From Chitinophagales bacterium (GTDB lineage Bacteria; Bacteroidota; Bacteroidia; Chitinophagales; Chitinophagaceae), in NCBI GenBank assembly GCA_038257235.1, contig JBBSJN010000001.1, forward strand, positions 1 to 49,691: a stretch of DNA of 49,691 nt, in the 5' to 3' direction. Each line of letters starts with the position of its first letter. The stretch's first letter is position 1. The notes under the pieces were generated by a model. It searched no databases. It was given only the letters and a program-made list of their open reading frames with translations, and was not told the DNA's origin. The translations under genes were made by a program, and so were the position numbers. Of this stretch, positions 9,507-19,498 are shown piece after piece.

Positions 9507-10853
9507 ATGAATAAAAGATTAAAATGGATTTTAATAATTGTAGCAGTACTTGCAGTAATATTTTTTGCTGTTAAAAGGTTTTGGGGTGGTAAGAAAGAAG
9601 AAAAGGTAGCGATTGAAAAAGTAACTAAGAGAACTATTGTCGAATCTGTAAATGCCAGTGGTAAAATTTATCCTGAAACGGAAGTAAAAATCAGCCCAGA
9701 TATTTCCGGACAGATTACAGAGTTATATGTGCAAGAAGGCGATAGTGTTAAAAAGGGAACTGTACTAGCCCGTATTTATGCAGACATATATTCCTTGCAA
9801 AGAGACGAGGCAGCGTCAAGAGTAAATCAATCTGTTGCTACGGTTGATAATAGTAAAGCTTCTATTGAGGCCTTAAAATCAAATCTTGATCTTGCTAAGC
9901 AAGCTTTAGATCGTAATCAGACATTATATAATCAGAAAGTAATTTCAAAAGCGGAATTGGAGCAGTTTGAAGGTTCTTATCGGTCAGCTTTAGCTAATTA
10001 CAATGCTGCATTGCAGACTATTAAAAGTTTACAGGCAGGCGTCCAATCTACTCAAACAGGTTTAAGCAAGGCTAATAAAGACTTAAGCAGGACTACCATT
10101 GTTGCTCCAATGAATGGTGTTATTTCATCACTAAAAATAAAAAAAGGTGAAAGTGTGGCAGGAAGCAGTTTTAATGTAGGAACTGAAATGATGACTGTGG
10201 CAGATATGTCTGTGCTGGAAGTAAGAGTAGATGTAGGGGAAAATGATATTGTGAAAATCAATATCGGCGATTCTGCCGATGTGGAAGTGGATGCTTATAA
10301 TAATAGAAAATTCAGAGGCGTAGTTACAAAAATTGCCAGCAGCACCAAAACTTCATTAGGTGCAATGACGTCAAACGATGTAACTAATTATGAAGTGCGG
10401 ATTCGTCTTGATAAAAATTCGTATAGTGATCTTGCAGGTAAGACGTTTCCTTTCCGTCCTGGCATGAATGCAAGTGCTGATATTAAAACGAAAAGAGTGG
10501 ATAATGTGCTGGCTGTTCCCATTACTGCCGTTAATGCAAGAGTAAAAGGAAGTGATCAGAGCATGGCCGACAAGAAGAAAGAGGAAAAAGAAGTGAAGGG
10601 TGAAAATGAAAACGATTTATCATTAATAGTGTCAGATGAACTGGAAGAAGTAGTTTTTGTACTGGATAAAGATGGCATAGTTAGAAAGGCTGTTGTACGA
10701 TCAGGCATTCAGGATATAAATTATATTGAAATACTGGGTGGGTTAAAAGAAGGAGATGAAGTGGTAATTGGCCCGTATAATGCTATTAGTAAAACATTGA
10801 AGAATGGAATGAAAGTGAATGTAGTTCCAAAAGATAAATTGTTTGAAAAATAA
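9507..10853 (+). CDS. Efflux periplasmic adaptor (MacA/HlyD-like)
   Basis: N-terminal TM, VNASGKIYP..EVKISPDISGQI.ELYVQEGD.V, coiled coil, RPGMNASADI. Confidence 0.88.
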   Translation: MNKRLKWILIIVAVLAVIFFAVKRFWGGKKEEKVAIEKVTKRTIVESVNASGKIYPETEVKISPDISGQITELYVQEGDSVKKGTVLARIYADIYSLQRDEAASRVNQSVATVDNSKASIEALKSNLDLAKQALDRNQTLYNQKVISKAELEQFEGSYRSALANYNAALQTIKSLQAGVQSTQTGLSKANKDLSRTTIVAPMNGVISSLKIKKGESVAGSSFNVGTEMMTVADMSVLEVRVDVGENDIVKINIGDSADVEVDAYNNRKFRGVVTKIASSTKTSLGAMTSNDVTNYEVRIRLDKNSYSDLAGKTFPFRPGMNASADIKTKRVDNVLAVPITAVNARVKGSDQSMADKKKEEKEVKGENENDLSLIVSDELEEVVFVLDKDGIVRKAVVRSGIQDINYIEILGGLKEGDEVVIGPYNAISKTLKNGMKVNVVPKDKLFEK

Positions 10854-10961
10854 AAAATTCTTTCGTTGTAAATCTCTTTGTATTGAAATAGGGTAACTAG
10901 TTGCTACTAAGTATCTGCAAATCATAGCTGGCGGCTAATTTTTATTTAATTAAGTTTGGGT

Positions 10962-12002
10962 ATGACATTTGGAATTATTGGCAGTGGTAGTTGGGCAACA
11001 GCATTAACAAAAATGCTGACGGATAATAACCATACCGTTAACTGGTGGGTAAGAAAGCAGGACACAGCTCAGCATATAAAAGAACAAGGCTTTAATCCGC
11101 ATTATCTCTCTGCAGCAAAATTTGATACTTCACTATTGGTAATATCTTCTGATATAAAAGAAGTCATTAAAAATTCTGATGCATTAGTAATAGCAGTGCC
11201 ATCGGCGTATGCTGCAGCTGCATTTGAAAAATTAGAAGCTAAAGATTGGGAAGGTAAAAAAGTGATTTCAGCCATTAAAGGATTATTACCTGGCAAGGAC
11301 ATATTATTAAATTATTATTTGCAGCAGGAATTTGATTTTCCGTTAGATAATTATTTTGCAGTGCTTGGGCCTTGTCATGCTGAAGAAGTTGCCCAGGAGA
11401 AATTGTCGTACCTCACTTTTTCAGGTAATGATGTTGTTGCTGCATCAGAAATTGCTTCGCATTTTACCACACCTTATTTAAGTACAATTGTTAACCATGA
11501 TATTCTTGGAGTTCAATATGCGGCGGTATTAAAAAACATTTATGCCTTAGGTGCTGGAATAGCTCATGGGTTGGATTATGGCGATAATTTTTTAAGTGTT
11601 TACATCGCTAATGCGGCAGATGAAATGGCAGGCTTTCTTAAAAAATTCGGTGTAGAACATATCACAGTAGGAGAGCATGACAGCGAAGAAGATCCGATCA
11701 CACATCGAAAAACTCCCAATTATGCTGCCTCCGTATATCTTGGTGATCTGCTTGTAACCTGTTATTCACTATACAGCCGTAACCGTTCTTTTGGAGCTTT
11801 AATTGGTAAAGGCAAATCAGTAGAAACTATTATTAAAGAAACGAATATGGTGGCTGAGGGATATAATGCGACAAAATGCATCTATAATATAAACAAGTCC
11901 GTAGATGCAGTAATACCAATAGCTGAAACTGTCTATAAGATATTATGGGAAAATGTTAAACCGCAGGAAGGGTTTAAACGTATAGAAGAGGTATTAGTCT
12001 GA
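10962..12002 (+). CDS. gpsA: NAD(P)H-dependent glycerol-3-phosphate dehydrogenase
   Basis: GIIGSGSWATAL, GPCHAEEV, LKNIYA, GDLLVTCYS..SRNR..G, VAEG. Confidence 0.93.
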   Translation: MTFGIIGSGSWATALTKMLTDNNHTVNWWVRKQDTAQHIKEQGFNPHYLSAAKFDTSLLVISSDIKEVIKNSDALVIAVPSAYAAAAFEKLEAKDWEGKKVISAIKGLLPGKDILLNYYLQQEFDFPLDNYFAVLGPCHAEEVAQEKLSYLTFSGNDVVAASEIASHFTTPYLSTIVNHDILGVQYAAVLKNIYALGAGIAHGLDYGDNFLSVYIANAADEMAGFLKKFGVEHITVGEHDSEEDPITHRKTPNYAASVYLGDLLVTCYSLYSRNRSFGALIGKGKSVETIIKETNMVAEGYNATKCIYNINKSVDAVIPIAETVYKILWENVKPQEGFKRIEEVLV

Positions 12003-12055
12003 TGTATAGAACTGTGATTCGGAGTTTGTGAGTTGAAATCTTTAAAACACACCCT

Positions 12056-12172
12056 ATGCCACTTTCTTACCATGGATTTGCTCCCGCCGCCATTTTAATC
12101 ATGGTGCTCTGCCTTGCCGGAAAACAACTTTTTGACTACTGGAAACATACGCATCAGAAAACAAAAATTTAA
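12056..12172 (+). CDS. Candidate 38-aa small membrane protein
   Basis: Manual translation MPLSYHGFAPAAILIMVLCLAGKQLFDYWKHTHQKTKI*; hydrophobic core followed by a basic tail. Confidence 0.4.
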   Translation: MPLSYHGFAPAAILIMVLCLAGKQLFDYWKHTHQKTKI

Positions 12173-12230
12173 AATAATTGATTCGGATAAGTGTTGGTGT
12201 TGCTATTTAATGATTATAGTCAACTAGTAC

Positions 12231-12280
12231 GTCATACCGGACTTGATCCCGTTTCAAGAACGGGACAAACTCCGGTATCT
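12231..12280. repeat. REP-like palindrome GTCATACCGGACTTGA|TCCGGTATCT carrying a 24-nt hairpin insert (12247-12270)
   Basis: Outer arms ATACCGGA/TCCGGTAT; inner TCCCGTT-TCAAG-AACGGGA-CAAAC. Confidence 0.6.
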
Positions 12281-12302
12281 TTTCCAAAAGTTTAAATAGC
12301 CC

Positions 12303-13421
12303 TCAAAAGAATAAGTCAGCCGCAATGCCGTCTGCCAATAGTTTTCCCTCCATCGTCAGTATCAACGTATCGTTTTGAATACGTATTAATCCTGCATTAA
12401 TAAATCGCTGACTTTTTTTATTCAACTCCTCTTTTGTAATAGCTTCAGTAAATAAAATGTTTTCCATTTTCAATCCTTCCATTGTACGAAGCGAAGTCAT
12501 TATATATTCATTTACCCTTTGTGTTTCGGTCAATATTTCTATTTCTGCAGGTATTGTAGTTGAATTGATGGAAGCGATATAAGTATTGTTGTTGGCAATA
12601 TTCCATTGCCGCTCTTTTCCATTGAATGAATGTGCCGAAGGTCCAAGGCCGAGATATTTTTTACCTTGCCAGTAAGATGAGTTGTGCCGGCTTCGCCATC
12701 CTGGTTTGGCAAAATTAGAAATTTCGTAATGCTCATAACCTGCTTCTGACAGCCATTTCATCAACAGTAAAAATTGCTCAGATTGATTGTCAGGATTTAC
12801 ATCTTTACTCTTGTTCAGCTTTATCATTTTGTCCAGCGGTGTTTTAGGTTCCACTGTTAATGCATAACATGATAAGTGCGGAATGTTTAATGCAATTGCT
12901 GTAGCAACATTATGTTTCCATTTTTCATTGGTGAGCTCCGGCTGGCCATAGATCAGGTCGATAGTGATATTGTCAAAATGATCTATAGCTAACTGAAGAC
13001 TTTGCATTGCCTGCTCAGCATTGTGTGCACGGTTCATCCATTTTAAATCTTCTTCAAAAAAACTTTGAACCCCAATGCTTAATCTTGTAATACCTGCTTT
13101 CTTCCAGTTTACTAATTTTTCTTCTGTAATATCATCAGGATTTGTTTCAAATGTTATTTCGGCATTATCTTCTACCTCAAAGGCTTGGTTTATTGTAGAT
13201 AATATCAATATTAATTCTTCAATATTCAATAGCGACGGTGTGCCACCTCCTAAATAAATAGTTTCTACAGTTTCACCATCCAAATAACCTATTTGTAACG
13301 AAATTTCTTTCAGCAAGGCTTTAATAAAATCTTCTTTATAGTGCAACGAAGTGGCGAAGTGGAAATTGCAATAATGGCAAGCCTGTTTACAAAATGGAAT
13401 ATGAATGTATATGCCTGCCAT
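12303..13421 (-). CDS. hemW: Radical SAM heme chaperone HemW
   Basis: YIHIPFCKQACHYCNF, GGGTPS, YEISNFA, HNSSYW, YLGLGPSAHS. Confidence 0.9.
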   Translation of the reverse strand: MAGIYIHIPFCKQACHYCNFHFATSLHYKEDFIKALLKEISLQIGYLDGETVETIYLGGGTPSLLNIEELILILSTINQAFEVEDNAEITFETNPDDITEEKLVNWKKAGITRLSIGVQSFFEEDLKWMNRAHNAEQAMQSLQLAIDHFDNITIDLIYGQPELTNEKWKHNVATAIALNIPHLSCYALTVEPKTPLDKMIKLNKSKDVNPDNQSEQFLLLMKWLSEAGYEHYEISNFAKPGWRSRHNSSYWQGKKYLGLGPSAHSFNGKERQWNIANNNTYIASINSTTIPAEIEILTETQRVNEYIMTSLRTMEGLKMENILFTEAITKEELNKKSQRFINAGLIRIQNDTLILTMEGKLLADGIAADLFF

Positions 13422-13500
13422 CAGGTTAAATTAATAAATGTTTTGCGGCAGGTAAACCTGCCAATTTAATTTGAGATTTAATGAATAATTTAGCACCATT

Positions 13501-13537
13501 CTCCCTTCTCCAACTTGGAGAAGGGCAGGGGATGAGG
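13501..13537 (+). repeat. REP-like host palindrome (empty)
   Basis: CTCCCTTCTCCAACTTGGAGAAGGGCAGGGGATGAGG, 10-bp stem plus G-rich tail, similar in layout to 48827-48864. Confidence 0.7.
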
Positions 13538-15345
13538 TGATAAAATTCAGACTGCAAATATCGGTTCTTGTTCTTTTGCTGCTGTGTGTTTCTGCATCAG
13601 CTCAAAATACTTATAAGTTGTATGTCACCGGAGTGGATAAGGATTCTGCCACTATTGTCGGGATAACAGGACTTCAAACCCGTTTTGACAACAGGTCGCA
13701 ATGCGAAGGCTATATCAATAACCTGCAAAATCAATTACAATCGAAAGGTTATGTTACTGCTTCAGTGGATAGTATAAAGTATCAATCTACCTATGCTGTA
13801 ATCAATTTGTTTATTGGCGAAGCATACAAATGGGCAATTTTAGATGCTAAATACATTCAGCCGGAACTGCTTAATGCAGTAGCCTGGAGAGAAAAAGTGT
13901 TTACCAATACACCGATGGATTTTAGCAAAGTAGCTCAATGGCAGGACAGAATTTTGAATTATCTTGAAAACAACGGATTCCCTTTTGCAAAAGTGTACCT
14001 GGATAGTATCCAGCTAATGGAAGAAAAGGTTTCTGCTTTGCTAAAAGTAAATAAGGGACCATTATATAAAATTGACAGCTTGCGGGTTTATGGTGATGCA
14101 AAAATTGCATCTGGTTATTTGCAACGCTATCTCGATATTCCCAATGGAAGTGTTTACAGCAAAGAAAAATTGCTTCGCATCAGCAAAAAAATTGGAGAAC
14201 TCTCTTATGTAGAAGAAGAACGGCCTGCTGATTTGACAAGATTAGCAACAGGCTCAGTTGTTAATTTGTATCTTAAACAGAAAAAAAGCAGCCAGATAAA
14301 TTTTATAGTTGGGTTTTTACCTAATAACGACCAGCTTTCTTCTAAAAAATTATTGATAACGGGAGAAGGAAATTTGAATCTTAAAAATGCTCTCGGTTCC
14401 GGCGAAACAATAGGGTTGAACTTTCAGGCATTACAAGTAGCATCGCAACGATTGAATTTTGTTTATCAGCATCCTTACCTGTTCAAATCGCCTTTTGGTC
14501 TTGATCTTAGTTTCGATATTTTCCGAAAGGATAGTTCTTTTGTCAACATTAATTTTCAATTGGGAGCACAGTATGTTTTGAATAATAACCAAGCCGGGAA
14601 AGTTTTTTTGCAGCGGTCTCAAACTATTGTAAGCCTGGGCGGTATCAATGCTCCGTTTATTATTCAAAATAGAAGGTTGCCTGAAGCTGCGGATGTAAGT
14701 TCAACAGGAGTGGGGATTGATTATGAGTTTAACAATACTGATTATCGCTTTAATCCGAAAAATGGAAATGAAATAAGAGTTATAACCTCTGTCGGCACAA
14801 AAACTATAAAGAAGAATAATGAAATTACAGAGTTGAAGGACCCGTCTGATCCTGGATTTGATTTTGAAACTTTGTATGATACTTTGAAATTAAAAACCTA
14901 TCAATTTAGGGTGCGGGCAATTGCTTCCCGTTTCTTCCCGTTGGGAAAGCAAAGTACGTTGAAGGCTGCTATCAATGCTGGCCTGTTTCAAAGTGGCAGC
15001 ATTTTCAGGAATGAATTATTTCAGATTGGTGGGTACAAATTATTACGGGGTTTTGATGAAGAAAGCCAATATCTGTCGCAGTTTGCTATTGCTACACTGG
15101 AGTACAGGTTGCTTTACCTGGCAGGTCAGAATTCCTATTTCTATGTATTGGCAGATGGTGGTTGGGGAAGAGATGCAAGTAAGGTCCAGAAATTAAACTA
15201 TACTTATTTTGGAACAGGGCTAGGACTTGCGTTTGAAACAAAAGCAGGGATTTTTAATCTGGCATGGGCAATAGGTAAAAGAAATGACACGGAACTGAAC
15301 TTGCGGCAGTCCAAGATTCACTTCGGCTTTGTCAATTATTTTTAA
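13537..15345 (+). CDS. BamA/TamA-like (Omp85 family) POTRA and beta-barrel protein
   Basis: LQSKGY and LENNGFPFAKV POTRA motifs, FQIGG..LLRGF, C-terminal IHFGFVNYF. Confidence 0.8.
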   Translation: MIKFRLQISVLVLLLLCVSASAQNTYKLYVTGVDKDSATIVGITGLQTRFDNRSQCEGYINNLQNQLQSKGYVTASVDSIKYQSTYAVINLFIGEAYKWAILDAKYIQPELLNAVAWREKVFTNTPMDFSKVAQWQDRILNYLENNGFPFAKVYLDSIQLMEEKVSALLKVNKGPLYKIDSLRVYGDAKIASGYLQRYLDIPNGSVYSKEKLLRISKKIGELSYVEEERPADLTRLATGSVVNLYLKQKKSSQINFIVGFLPNNDQLSSKKLLITGEGNLNLKNALGSGETIGLNFQALQVASQRLNFVYQHPYLFKSPFGLDLSFDIFRKDSSFVNINFQLGAQYVLNNNQAGKVFLQRSQTIVSLGGINAPFIIQNRRLPEAADVSSTGVGIDYEFNNTDYRFNPKNGNEIRVITSVGTKTIKKNNEITELKDPSDPGFDFETLYDTLKLKTYQFRVRAIASRFFPLGKQSTLKAAINAGLFQSGSIFRNELFQIGGYKLLRGFDEESQYLSQFAIATLEYRLLYLAGQNSYFYVLADGGWGRDASKVQKLNYTYFGTGLGLAFETKAGIFNLAWAIGKRNDTELNLRQSKIHFGFVNYF

Positions 15346-15399
15346 AATTCATGAAAGAGTGGCACAGTACTTTAATACATTTGCTGCATAATTTTTTAA

Positions 15400-16374
15400 G
15401 TGAAGAGGTTTCTTTTTCCCATACTCATGTTCTTGTTGACTAATGCTGGTGGTATTGCACAGATTCCTGCAGACACTCTTATTGTTTCCAATGTGGATTC
15501 AACTGTCAAAATCGATTCTTTACTTCGAAAAGATTCAATAAGTGTACAGCCTCAAACAGATTCTGTTTTCAGAAGACAGTTAATTGATAGTAGTTGGTTA
15601 GTTCAGCCGGTTTCAGTTTCTTCTCCGGCTTTCAGCTGGCAGGTTTTAAAAAGGATTACTTATTTTGATTTTAAAACAAAACCAATTACTAAGGAAGGTT
15701 CGTCTATAAAAATATTTAAGGGTAAAGAATTCATTTTTTATCTGCTAACTTTTTTACTGATTGTCTTTGCTGTTCTTCGTCAGTTGTTTCCGAAATACTT
15801 TAGTGATCTGTTCATGGTTTTCTTCAGAACTACATTGAAGCAAACACAAATTCGGGAACAGTTAATGCAAACGCCTTTGCCGTCTTTAATGCTGAATGGT
15901 TTTTTTGTTGTCAGTGGCGGCCTATACATAACGTTCCTGTTAGAGTACTTTAAAATAAATCCGGTTGACAATTTCTGGCGGATGTTTTTTTATTGTTGCC
16001 TAGGTTTGTCAATTGCTTATTTGGTTAAATATTTGGGTTTAAAAATAGCTGGTTGGGTTTTGGGTATTCAAGAAGCAACAGACGCTTATATTTTTATTGT
16101 TTTTATTATTAATAAAATGATTGGAATTTTGCTATTGCCATTTCTGATTTTGCTGGCATTTAGTGAAGGAAGAATTTATTCTGTCAGCCTTACAATCTCA
16201 TGGTGTTTATTGGCAGCAATATATTTATACCGGTTTATTCTTACTTATTCTGTTATTCCTAATCAAATAAAGGTCAACCCATTTCACTTCTTTTTATACT
16301 TCTGTGCATTTGAAATTGCACCTCTATTATTGGTTTACAGGGGTTTGTTGGTATTGTTCGATGTAACTGCTTAA
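15400..16374 (+). CDS. DUF4271 family membrane protein
   Basis: C-terminal HFFLYFCAFEIAP motif, several TMs, usual position before hemD. Confidence 0.8.
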   Translation: MKRFLFPILMFLLTNAGGIAQIPADTLIVSNVDSTVKIDSLLRKDSISVQPQTDSVFRRQLIDSSWLVQPVSVSSPAFSWQVLKRITYFDFKTKPITKEGSSIKIFKGKEFIFYLLTFLLIVFAVLRQLFPKYFSDLFMVFFRTTLKQTQIREQLMQTPLPSLMLNGFFVVSGGLYITFLLEYFKINPVDNFWRMFFYCCLGLSIAYLVKYLGLKIAGWVLGIQEATDAYIFIVFIINKMIGILLLPFLILLAFSEGRIYSVSLTISWCLLAAIYLYRFILTYSVIPNQIKVNPFHFFLYFCAFEIAPLLLVYRGLLVLFDVTA

Positions 16375-16404
16375 CTTTGCACTTTAAATTCAGAGGGAAT
16401 ACCA

Positions 16405-17205
16405 ATGACTAAAAACGGAGCATCAAAGACCGATTTACAAGCCATGACAATTCAAAAAATCCTGATTACCCAGCCCAAGCCCGAAAGTGACAAGTCACCT
16501 TACTTTGAACTTTCGAAAAAGTTTGATGTAGAGCTTGATTTTCACCCATTTATAAGATTAGAAGGTATTCATGCAAGGGATTTTCGCAAGCAGAAAATTG
16601 ACATACAGAATTATACAGCGGTAATATTCACCAGTCGGAATGCAATTGACCATTTTTTCCGTGTATGTGAAGAAATGAAAATTAGTGTGTCTCAGGACAC
16701 CAAATATTTTTGTATAACCGAAGCAGTAGCGTTATATCTTCAAAAATTTATTCTTTATAGGAAAAGAAAGGTTTTTTACGGAGCAGATAGCACCAACAAG
16801 AGTTTGTTTGAAGTGTTTGCCAAACATAAAGCAAATGAGAAATTCCTGTATGTATGTTCCGAAAATCAGCAGGACAACGAAATAGTAAACTGGCTAAAGA
16901 CAAACGATTGTGGATTTACACTTGCATTTATGTATCGCAGTGTAAGTAGCGATGTAAAAGAAATTCTTTCTAAAAAGAATTATGATATGATCTGTTTCTT
17001 TACTCCAAGCGGCATTAAGAGCTTGTACGATAATGTGCCAAAATTCAAGCAGAATGGTACTGTGATTGGAGTATTTGGTAGCAATACAACCAGAGCGGCA
17101 GAAGATGCCGGATTAAAACTTGACATAAAAGCACCACAACCGCATATGCCAAGTATGGTTGCCGCTCTTGATATTTATCTTTCTGGAATTACTAAGAATA
17201 AATAA
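16405..17205 (+). CDS. hemD: Uroporphyrinogen-III synthase (Bacteroidota HemD-like)
   Basis: ILITQPKP..KSPY, FTSRNAIDHFF, EAVALYLQKFILYRKRK, FFTPSGI. Confidence 0.85.
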   Translation: MTKNGASKTDLQAMTIQKILITQPKPESDKSPYFELSKKFDVELDFHPFIRLEGIHARDFRKQKIDIQNYTAVIFTSRNAIDHFFRVCEEMKISVSQDTKYFCITEAVALYLQKFILYRKRKVFYGADSTNKSLFEVFAKHKANEKFLYVCSENQQDNEIVNWLKTNDCGFTLAFMYRSVSSDVKEILSKKNYDMICFFTPSGIKSLYDNVPKFKQNGTVIGVFGSNTTRAAEDAGLKLDIKAPQPHMPSMVAALDIYLSGITKNK

Positions 17206-17222
17206 GCAAATAATAAAATAGT

Positions 17223-17254
17223 TAAAAGGGCATCAATATTGATGTCTTTTTTTA
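17223..17254 (+). terminator. Probable intrinsic terminator after hemD
   Basis: AAAAGGGCATCAATATTGATGTCTTTTTTT hairpin plus T run. Confidence 0.6.
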
Positions 17255-17295
17255 TTCGTAAAATTTTATCCATCAATTTCAATATCTTATCAGTA

Positions 17296-19350
17296 ATGAA
17301 AAAATTTTCAAATAAACTCATTGATGAAACAAGTCCTTACTTGTTGCAGCATGCACATAACCCTGTAAACTGGTATCCCTGGAGCGATGAGGCTTTGCAA
17401 AAAGCAAAGGATGAAAATATGCCCATCCTGGTTAGTATCGGTTATTCTGCCTGTCATTGGTGTCATGTAATGGAAAGAGAAAGTTTTGAAGATGAGACTA
17501 CGGCCAAGCTAATGAATGAAAACTTTGTCAATATCAAAATTGACAGAGAGGAGAGGCCGGATTTAGATCACATTTATATGGATGCAGTGCAGGCAATGAC
17601 AGGGAGCGGCGGCTGGCCCTTAAATGTATTCCTTACTCCGGATGCAAAGCCTTTTTACGGAGGCACTTATTTCCCACCGCAAAGAGCTTATAATCGTCCC
17701 TCATGGCAGGAAACATTGCTTAGCGTAAGTCAGGCCTTTAAAGAAAGAAGACATGAAATAGATGCACAGTCAGAGAATCTAACAGAGCATTTATTAAAGG
17801 CAAATAGTTTTGGTTTTCAAAAAACAGATAATGCTTTTACAAAAGAAAATTGCACTGAAACGTTTCTAAATATTATAAAGAATGCTGATAAAGAATGGGG
17901 TGGGTTTGGCAAGGCTCCAAAATTTCCGCAGACTTTTTCTATTCAGTTCCTCTTAGGATATTATCATGTTACGAAAAATGAAGAAGCATTGACGCAGGCA
18001 TTACTTTCTCTGGATAAAATGATAGAAGGGGGAATTTATGATCAGATTGGAGGTGGCTTTGCCCGTTATTCTACCGATACAGAATGGCTGGCTCCTCATT
18101 TTGAAAAAATGCTTTATGATAATGCGTTGCTTGTATCCGTATTAAGCGAAGCTTTTCAATTAACCAGGAAAATAAGATATAAAGAGGTGATTGAAGAAAC
18201 GATGGAGTTTATTCAAAGAGAATTGTTGCCCGAAAAACAAAAGGGTTTTTATGCAGCTTTAGATGCAGATAGCGAAGGAGTAGAAGGAAAGTTTTATGTA
18301 TGGAGTTTTGAAGAGGTAAAGAAGGTTTTAGGTGAAGATGCTGAGCTGTATTGTGCTTACTATGATGTTTCTGAAAACGGTAATTGGGAACACACAAATA
18401 TTCTTCGGGCAAAAAAAGCTGTTGAAGAATTTGCTGCCGGAAAAAATAGGCCTGTTAATGAATTGAAGAAATTGCTGATTAACGGCAATAAAAAACTCTT
18501 GCAGGAAAGAAATAAAAGAATTCGTCCATTGCTTGACGATAAAATTATTCTGGGATGGAACGCTTTGATGAATACTGCTTGTTGCAAAGCATACAGTGCA
18601 ACGGGAAAAGAAGAGTACAAGCAACTGGCAATTGATAATATGAATTTCCTGTTGTCAAATTTTAAAGGTAAAGGCGCTGATGAGTATCACCATACATTCA
18701 AAGAGGGCAAGGCAAAGTTTCCAGCCTTCTTAGATGATTATGCTTTTCTGATTGAGGCCTTGATTTACCTACAGGAAATCACAGCAGAAACACAGTGGAT
18801 TGAAAAAGCAAAGTCGTTGGCGGAGAATGTTATTCAGAACTTTACAGAGGAAGAAACCGGCTTCTTTTTTTATACTCCTGCAGACCAGAAGGATATAATT
18901 GTTAGAAAAAAGGAAATGTATGATGGTGCTGTGCCATCTGGTAATTCAGTAATGGCTTATAACCTTTGGAAGCTAGGCCTGCTATTTGATAAAAAAGAAT
19001 GGAGCGAACAATGTTTGAAAATGACTTCGTCATTAAGCAATGCAATCAGTAAGTATCCTGTTTCGTTTGGTAATTGGGCTAGTTTATTACTTGAAATAAC
19101 CGATGGAACGCAGGAAATAGCAATTGTTGGAACTGAAACGACGGCCATTTTAAAAGAAGTATTAGCAGAATATATCCCTCATCGGGTAATAATGACTACA
19201 AAAAAAGAAGAATCTGGTTATCCTTTGTTGGCAAACAAACAAGTGTTAGCGAAAGCTTCCATTTTTTTATGTCGTAATTACACTTGCCTTAACCCGGTAT
19301 TTTCCGCAAAAGAGCTTATGTTACTGATAAACAAGGCTCAAAAGCAGTAA
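17296..19350 (+). CDS. YyaL/SPATA20-like thioredoxin-domain protein (DUF255)
   Basis: [57 protein letters not shown]. Confidence 0.92.
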   Translation: MKKFSNKLIDETSPYLLQHAHNPVNWYPWSDEALQKAKDENMPILVSIGYSACHWCHVMERESFEDETTAKLMNENFVNIKIDREERPDLDHIYMDAVQAMTGSGGWPLNVFLTPDAKPFYGGTYFPPQRAYNRPSWQETLLSVSQAFKERRHEIDAQSENLTEHLLKANSFGFQKTDNAFTKENCTETFLNIIKNADKEWGGFGKAPKFPQTFSIQFLLGYYHVTKNEEALTQALLSLDKMIEGGIYDQIGGGFARYSTDTEWLAPHFEKMLYDNALLVSVLSEAFQLTRKIRYKEVIEETMEFIQRELLPEKQKGFYAALDADSEGVEGKFYVWSFEEVKKVLGEDAELYCAYYDVSENGNWEHTNILRAKKAVEEFAAGKNRPVNELKKLLINGNKKLLQERNKRIRPLLDDKIILGWNALMNTACCKAYSATGKEEYKQLAIDNMNFLLSNFKGKGADEYHHTFKEGKAKFPAFLDDYAFLIEALIYLQEITAETQWIEKAKSLAENVIQNFTEEETGFFFYTPADQKDIIVRKKEMYDGAVPSGNSVMAYNLWKLGLLFDKKEWSEQCLKMTSSLSNAISKYPVSFGNWASLLLEITDGTQEIAIVGTETTAILKEVLAEYIPHRVIMTTKKEESGYPLLANKQVLAKASIFLCRNYTCLNPVFSAKELMLLINKAQKQ

Positions 19351-19471
19351 TTAATTTTAAGTTAATACAATAAAACGAACATGTACACCGTTTGAAAATT
19401 TACCTCGTATAAGTCACTTTTAAATTAAAAAAATAAACTTTAACGTTGTGTCAGGAAATAACTCAAAACAT

Positions 19472-19479
19472 TATATTTG
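19472..19479 (+). promoter_or_regulatory. -7 promoter element for gldKLMN
   Basis: TATATTTG about 20 nt upstream of ATG 19499. Confidence 0.6.
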
Positions 19480-19498
19480 CCCAACACCCCTTAAGTGT

